A model generated the notes under the pieces. That model ran no database searches. It was not told the DNA's origin and was given only the letters and a program-made list of their open reading frames with translations. This document shows, one piece after another, positions 62,851 to 64,000 of a stretch of 64,000 nt of DNA; the first letter of the stretch is position 1, and the number at the start of each line of letters is the position of its first letter. The stretch covers positions 180,409,126-180,473,125 of the forward strand of contig NC_052149.1 in NCBI RefSeq assembly GCF_902713615.1, in the 5' to 3' direction. Origin of the DNA: Scyliorhinus canicula (Eukaryota). The position numbers and the translations under genes were made by a program.

Positions 62851-64000
62851 TAATATACCTGGATTTCCAAAAGGCATTCGATAAGGTGCCACACAAAAGT
62901 TTAATAGGCAAGGTGGAGGCTCATGCAGTTGGGGGCAATATATTAGCACAAATAGAGGACTGATTAATGGGGTTGAAGCAAAGAGTAGTCTTAAAGGGGG
63001 CTTTTTCAAGATGGCAGGCTATAACTAGTTGAGTATGACAAAAATCAGTGCTGGGGCCTCAGCTATTTATGATTGATATGAATCAAAGAAACAAAGAGTG
63101 ATGGATCTACATTTGCTGATAATACAAAGTTCAATGAAAATGTAACTTCTCAGGAGGAAACAATGGGGCTGTATATGGAATGGCAGATGGAGTATAGCAT
63201 GGGTGCATGGTAGCACAGTTTTTAGTACTGTTGCCTTGCAGCGCCAGAGACCGGGGTTCAATTCAGGCCTTGGGTGTCTGTCTGTGTGGAGTTGCGCTTT
63301 CTCCCCGAGTTTGCATGGGTTTCCTTTGGATGCTCCCGTTTCCTCCCACAGTCCGAAGATGTGCAGGATAGGTGGTTGGACATGCTAAAATTGTCCCTTA
63401 GTGTCCAGGGATGTACAGGTTAGGTTACAGCGATAGGGTGGGGGAGTGAGCCTGGGTGGGGTGCTCTTTAAGAATGTCAGTGCAGACTCAATAGGCTGAA
63501 TGGCCTCCTTCTGCAGTGTAGAGATTCAATGGTTCTATGGGGAAGTGCGAGTTAATTGACTTTGGTCATAAGGAAGAAAAGCAGCATTTTTTTTTCAAGG
63601 CATAGAATGTATAAATGTTGATATTCAAAGAAGCCTATGTGCATTCGTGCAGAAGTTCAGAAACTTAGCATGCAGGTACAGTAAGTAATTAGGAAGGAAA
63701 ATAGCATGCTCACTTTTACTGCAAAGGGGTTGCAGAACAGGAATAAAGAAATCTTCCTACAATTGTACATGTTTTGATCTGGAATACTGTGTGCAGTTTT
63801 GGTCCCCTATTTAAGGGTTGATCTATTTGCATTGGAGGCAGTACAGTAAAGATTCACCAGATTTGTTCCTAGGATGAAACATTTTCCCTATGATGAGGCT
63901 GAGTAAATTTGGATGGTATTCTCTGGATTTATGAAGAATAAGAGGTGATCTCATTGAAGCATGCAAGATATTGAAAGTGCTTTGCCAGGTGGACAATGAG
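62851..64000 (+). mobile_element. CR1 RT fragment running off the window, with a nested HE1 SINE (63201-63539)
   Basis: IYLDFQKAFDKVPHKSL and DNA for EYCVQFWSP. Confidence 0.85.

Noticed and set aside
1-64000. CRISPR arrays, rRNA genes or prokaryotic operons
   Set aside because: No regularly spaced repeats, rRNA motifs or gene-dense structure. The sequence is vertebrate repeat-rich DNA.

Overview
Repeat-dominated vertebrate genomic DNA, most likely from an elasmobranch (catshark-like), judged from HE1/V-type tRNA SINEs with CR1/HER1-type tails. I see no intact protein-coding gene, and most entries in the ORF track are fragments of decayed transposons. Main contents: (1) many CR1 LINE fragments and tRNA-derived SINEs, often nested; (2) a complete fossil Harbinger transposon (2928-11278, TIRs plus ATT duplication) enclosing a processed TAF12 pseudogene; (3) a second Harbinger interrupted by a defective retrovirus-like element with CCHC Gag, an in-frame UGA-CGG gag/pro junction, tether plus RNase H, integrase, no env and a small candidate membrane ORF; (4) GC-rich Harbinger MITEs and several solo LTRs; (5) a young 678-bp Penelope-like insertion forming a 316-bp near-perfect palindrome with a minimal hammerhead ribozyme in each arm; (6) a tRNA-Pro(AGG) pseudogene with an 18-nt insert at the canonical intron position; (7) a CR1-group LINE with a tRNA-like 5' head and its internally deleted SINE derivative. 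A few unique AT-rich islands carry candidate exons or 3' UTRs of host transcripts that I could not identify. Coordinates were counted by hand and boundaries of old repeats are approximate.
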